A stretch of 63,707 nucleotides of DNA, counting the filler, from Nemertoderma westbladi (taxonomy: Eukaryota > Animalia > Xenacoelomorpha), in the NCBI GenBank assembly GCA_032718475.1. It is 4 parts of 4 records of this genome, joined end to end, with 100 filler letters (N's around TTAATTAATTAA, not from the genome) between each part and the next. Parts side by side here need not be neighbours in the genome. Positions count along the whole stretch, not along the records: positions 57,888 to 63,707 come from JAUCBJ010001534.1; 3 more parts are not named here. One strand, written 5' to 3'. Position 1 is the stretch's first letter, and each line of letters opens with the position of its first letter. The position numbers and the translations under genes are program-made. Below, piece by piece: positions 60,192-63,707 of this stretch. The notes below the pieces were generated by a model that saw nothing but the letters and a program-made list of their open reading frames with translations, was not told the origin of the DNA and did no database searches.

Positions 60192-62925
60192 TCTCCTAAT
60201 GATGGATATTTAATACTTCCGGCGCCCGTTATATTTTGGTCTATTTCTGGTTGTTTCGGAATCGGCGTGCTGTTCCTAACTATTGCCGTTGGTCGCGGTT
60301 CCTCTACGTGGCTGTTTTCCGGCCATTGATCTAGCTGTCTATTTATATTATATTCCTCATTATTTCTAAGTATTGGTTGCTCTATCACTGTGTAATTCGG
60401 TTGTTGTTCTGTTCTCATTTCCGGTTCTTTATGATAATATTGGTTCGCATCCTCAGCTACTTTAAGAGCTCCCATTCTCCGTGGTAGATTACTACTACTG
60501 GCCACTGGTAGGGCCCCCCTTTGTCCTGCGTTGTCCTTAGCCACTAAAAGGGCTCCCTGCTGACTGAATGGTTGCGCCGTGTTGCATCTTGCCGTATTGC
60601 TCTGGGGTGCTATACTCCCCCTATGCCCATAAATATGCTCTGGTAGGTCTGCTTTTCCTACAGTTCTGGGATAGTACTCATATACTGTAGCATTTGGATT
60701 TAGTGCTGTGTGCCCAGGTTGTGCCGCTACTGTCGCGTGTACGACCTGATTACACTCTACTGGCGGTTGTTGTTCCCCCATTCCTCCACAGAATGGCAGG
60801 GGATATGTCACACTCACTGGCATACTGTGGGGAATAAAATTTTCGTCAGGGTATAGATTAACATTAACCATCGGTTGTTCACTATTAATTATTTCAACCT
60901 GGTTTGAATGTTGCACTATATTCTGTCGTGCGTACTCTGGACGCATACCCGATTGATTAATACATGTACCAGTTTTCATCGCAGCTGTTACTGTACTAGT
61001 TATAGGAAAATTTACAGTACGTACCGATAAAGGGTTCGCGCTACAGGTGGCGTATGTCCCTTCTACTGTATTAGTAACAGCCGCGCTACTACGTGTATAA
61101 TTATTTATATTATTATTAAACCTACTGTTTATTTGATTAAGGTTATCATAATTATTTTGATGGGATATAATGCGTTCGTTAATATTCGTTGCCTTACCAG
61201 CATCGATCCAACCTCCAAGTGGGTTATTTACATTGAGTGGCTGGTCCAATGTTCCTGTATCTGTTAGGTAATTATTGCTAGGTAATAACTCACCATAATT
61301 GTATAATTTCCTTTGTGGGTCTATTTCTTTCGGTCTTACAATAATTTCACTTACCTTCCCTGTCGTCAGGGTTTCCATGGTAGGCCTAATTACCTCCCTA
61401 TACACTGGTTCTCCTCTCTCCCTATGGCCAGCTTCTGATAACTGGGCTTCTAATAATAATAACTCATCTTGTTCTCGTATAATCGCTATTTCTCTCATGT
61501 ATTTCTCTCTTTCTAATTCACGTTTTTTTATCTTCTATTATTTTTAACTCTCTCTCTTCCTCTCTCTGTAATTCTGCCTCATCTCTCTCTCTAATCTCTC
61601 TCTCCATTTTCTCTATTTCTCTATTTATTCTCTCCTGTTCCTTCTGCTCCTCATACTCAAATTGTTCTCTTTCTCGTTCTCGCTCACGTTGTTCCCGTTG
61701 CTCACATTCCCGCTCTCGCTCACGTTCACGCTCACGTTGCTCACGTTGCTCGCGCTGTTCACGCTCACGTTGCTCTCGTTCTTGCTCGCGCTGCTCACGC
61801 TCACGCTCACGTCGTTCCTCTTGCTCTCGCTCACGTTTTCGGTAACGTTCCTCTCTCTGTTCACGCTGAGCTCTCTCTCTAGCCTCTTTCTCTTCCTTAC
61901 TCCTTATCATTTTCTCTGCTACTAACTCCCTCCGTTTTCTTAGCCTCTCCTGTTTCTCTTTCTCTTCTTGCTCTATTTCTATCCTCTTTCTCTCTACCTC
62001 TACTCTCGCTTCTCTCTCTCTCTGTTCCACCGACCTGTTCTTCCGGTCAACGACCGAAGAGGTCACTGACCTTACTGACTCTACACTCCTCACGGATCCG
62101 GTATTGCTGATGGAATCCTCGGGGTTAATTCCCTCGGATTCCACCTCGTCCGCGCTCTGCCGCAGTAGACCCCCTACTGTAAATTTTAAGGCGAGTCCAC
62201 TCCCCCTAGTCTTCCCAAAAATATTTTCCCTCATGGCCTTGGCCTTTAATACTTTACCGAGTTTTTCTAGTTGGTATAGGTAGTTATTGATCTTTCCTAT
62301 TACAGTACTTATCTGTCCTGTGGTGAATGTTCCTTTCCTCCTGAGAAGCTCGTCAACCTCTTTATCCTGTCCAATCTCGATCTCCCTCTCGTCGTAGTCT
62401 CTCCTCACCCAGTCTGGGGTGGGCACGATCGTGGAGTGAGCTCGTGGTTGACCTATCGATGATCCATTCGTCGTCGATCGTGGATCTGCTCCTCCCAACG
62501 ACGTCGTCGTTCTCCTCTTGCCCACTAAAAGGGGCTCTCTGTTTCCTTCTGGGAATAGGGTTCTCCTTCCCACCGCTGGGTAGGATCTGCCCTCCGTGTC
62601 CCAGATCTCTGCGTCCTCTGCGCCGCTGACCTCTCCCGTCCGTATCACTGGAGTTTCTTTTAGTCCAATCAAGTCCTCTTCAGACACCCCTCCGACCGCT
62701 CCAACAACTAGACCCATGGGTTGCGGAGTCCGGGGTATCTGTCGTCCCGTATCGATTCTCCTGTCGTCCAGAGACATCGTCCTACTTACTTCACTCATCT
62801 CTGAAGTCCTCGCTTCGCTCGTTCTTCGAACGCCGTATCGTATTGTCGACCGTCCACGTCCGTCTTGTCGTCGATTGACGTCCTGAATCCTTCGTTGTTC
62901 TCCTCACTGAGCCCGCTACTCAGCA

Positions 62926-62937
62926 ATTGCCTCTCAC
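62926..62937 (-). promoter_or_regulatory. Non-tRNA primer-binding site GTGAGAGGCAAT, complementary to LTR site 63194-63205
   Basis: 12/12 complementarity; same TCACA|GT junction as family A. Confidence 0.7.
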
Positions 62938-63707
62938 TGTGAGAGTATCGTCTCTCACGGGACCTAGCGTAAGGTACCGGCCGGGACTCTCTCGACTCGT
63001 GGTGTCTGGTCCAGCCCAGGAGAAAAACCAGGGGTCCTGCTGTCGCCCTAACACGGATGCTAGTCAGTCGAGGGTTTGGGTTGTCCCCTGGGTAGGTCAA
63101 AAGATAGATAGTGCGTTGGAGAAGTTTAATGTAATAATAATATTCACTTTTTACTGCTATGATGTAAACTAATGTAAACTGCCTTCACCTACGGTGAGAG
63201 GCAATGTGCGATCTCAACCGGTATCTTACGCTAACACGATGGAATAAATTGCATCCCAAAACCATAGTTTATATAACATAATAAATCCAATATGCACCAA
63301 CCGGTAAGCTGTTTCACCCCCATTCGCACATTGACTCCCACTACACTGGGCCATGAGGGCGTACTCCCTTCCCCCTACATGGTACCAAGAGTTCTCATTA
63401 TCACCTACTCTACAAACTGTTACACCCTTATACAATGGGTCCCTTTACTGCTACAGAGCCATTTGGTTGTACACTGCCAATTTACTACTTGCACTCCACA
63501 CTGGTTCATTGTCCTCCCTCGTGTTATACCATGTCCTTTACACACTCCCATTGTTAGCCAATTATAACCTCACATCACACTGCATTCTTTGCACTCATAT
63601 TATCCCGCGGTCATCACCCTTTTGGTTGGTTCTCTCACTCCTATGATTAATTGCTTCACTCTCGGGATTTCCCGTATGCAATATTGAAACGACGTATTTC
63701 ATATTCC

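Larger units (their letters stand above)
57888..63707 (-). mobile_element. BEL/Pao LTR retrotransposon, family B (5' LTR from beyond 63707 to 62938, frameshifted polyprotein)
   Basis: ORFs 61518-62798 (E/R coiled coil), 60131-61498 and 57888-60191; inferred LTR end TCACA at 62942-62938; TATATAAA on the minus strand at 63275-63268. Confidence 0.88.

Overview
Repeat-rich invertebrate (metazoan) genomic DNA made of four contigs joined by artificial 100-nt spacers (N44-TTAATTAATTAA-N44), so adjacency across 28978-29077, 50267-50366 and 57788-57887 is not biological evidence. Host genes: a PAPS transporter (SLC35B3-like; four exons, with the fifth acceptor amplified into a 42-bp tandem array), an almost intronless L-type Cav1 calcium-channel alpha1 subunit, two spliced exons of a plant-type C2-domain phospholipase D, and a decayed type-II membrane fibrinogen-domain gene. 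The rest is nested mobile DNA: BEL/Pao LTR retrotransposons, a solo LTR, RTE-like and CRE-like LINE fragments, MITE/foldback elements and satellites. The strongest novel signal is in the BEL/Pao elements. All four 5' LTR/internal junctions visible here (two families) lack a tRNA primer-binding site. Instead, the 10-12 nt directly after the LTR end (TCACA|GT...) are perfectly complementary to a site 205-260 nt upstream in the same LTR, and the two sites co-vary between copies. This points to Tf1-like self-primed reverse transcription in BEL/Pao elements. All alignments were made by eye and no database search was run.
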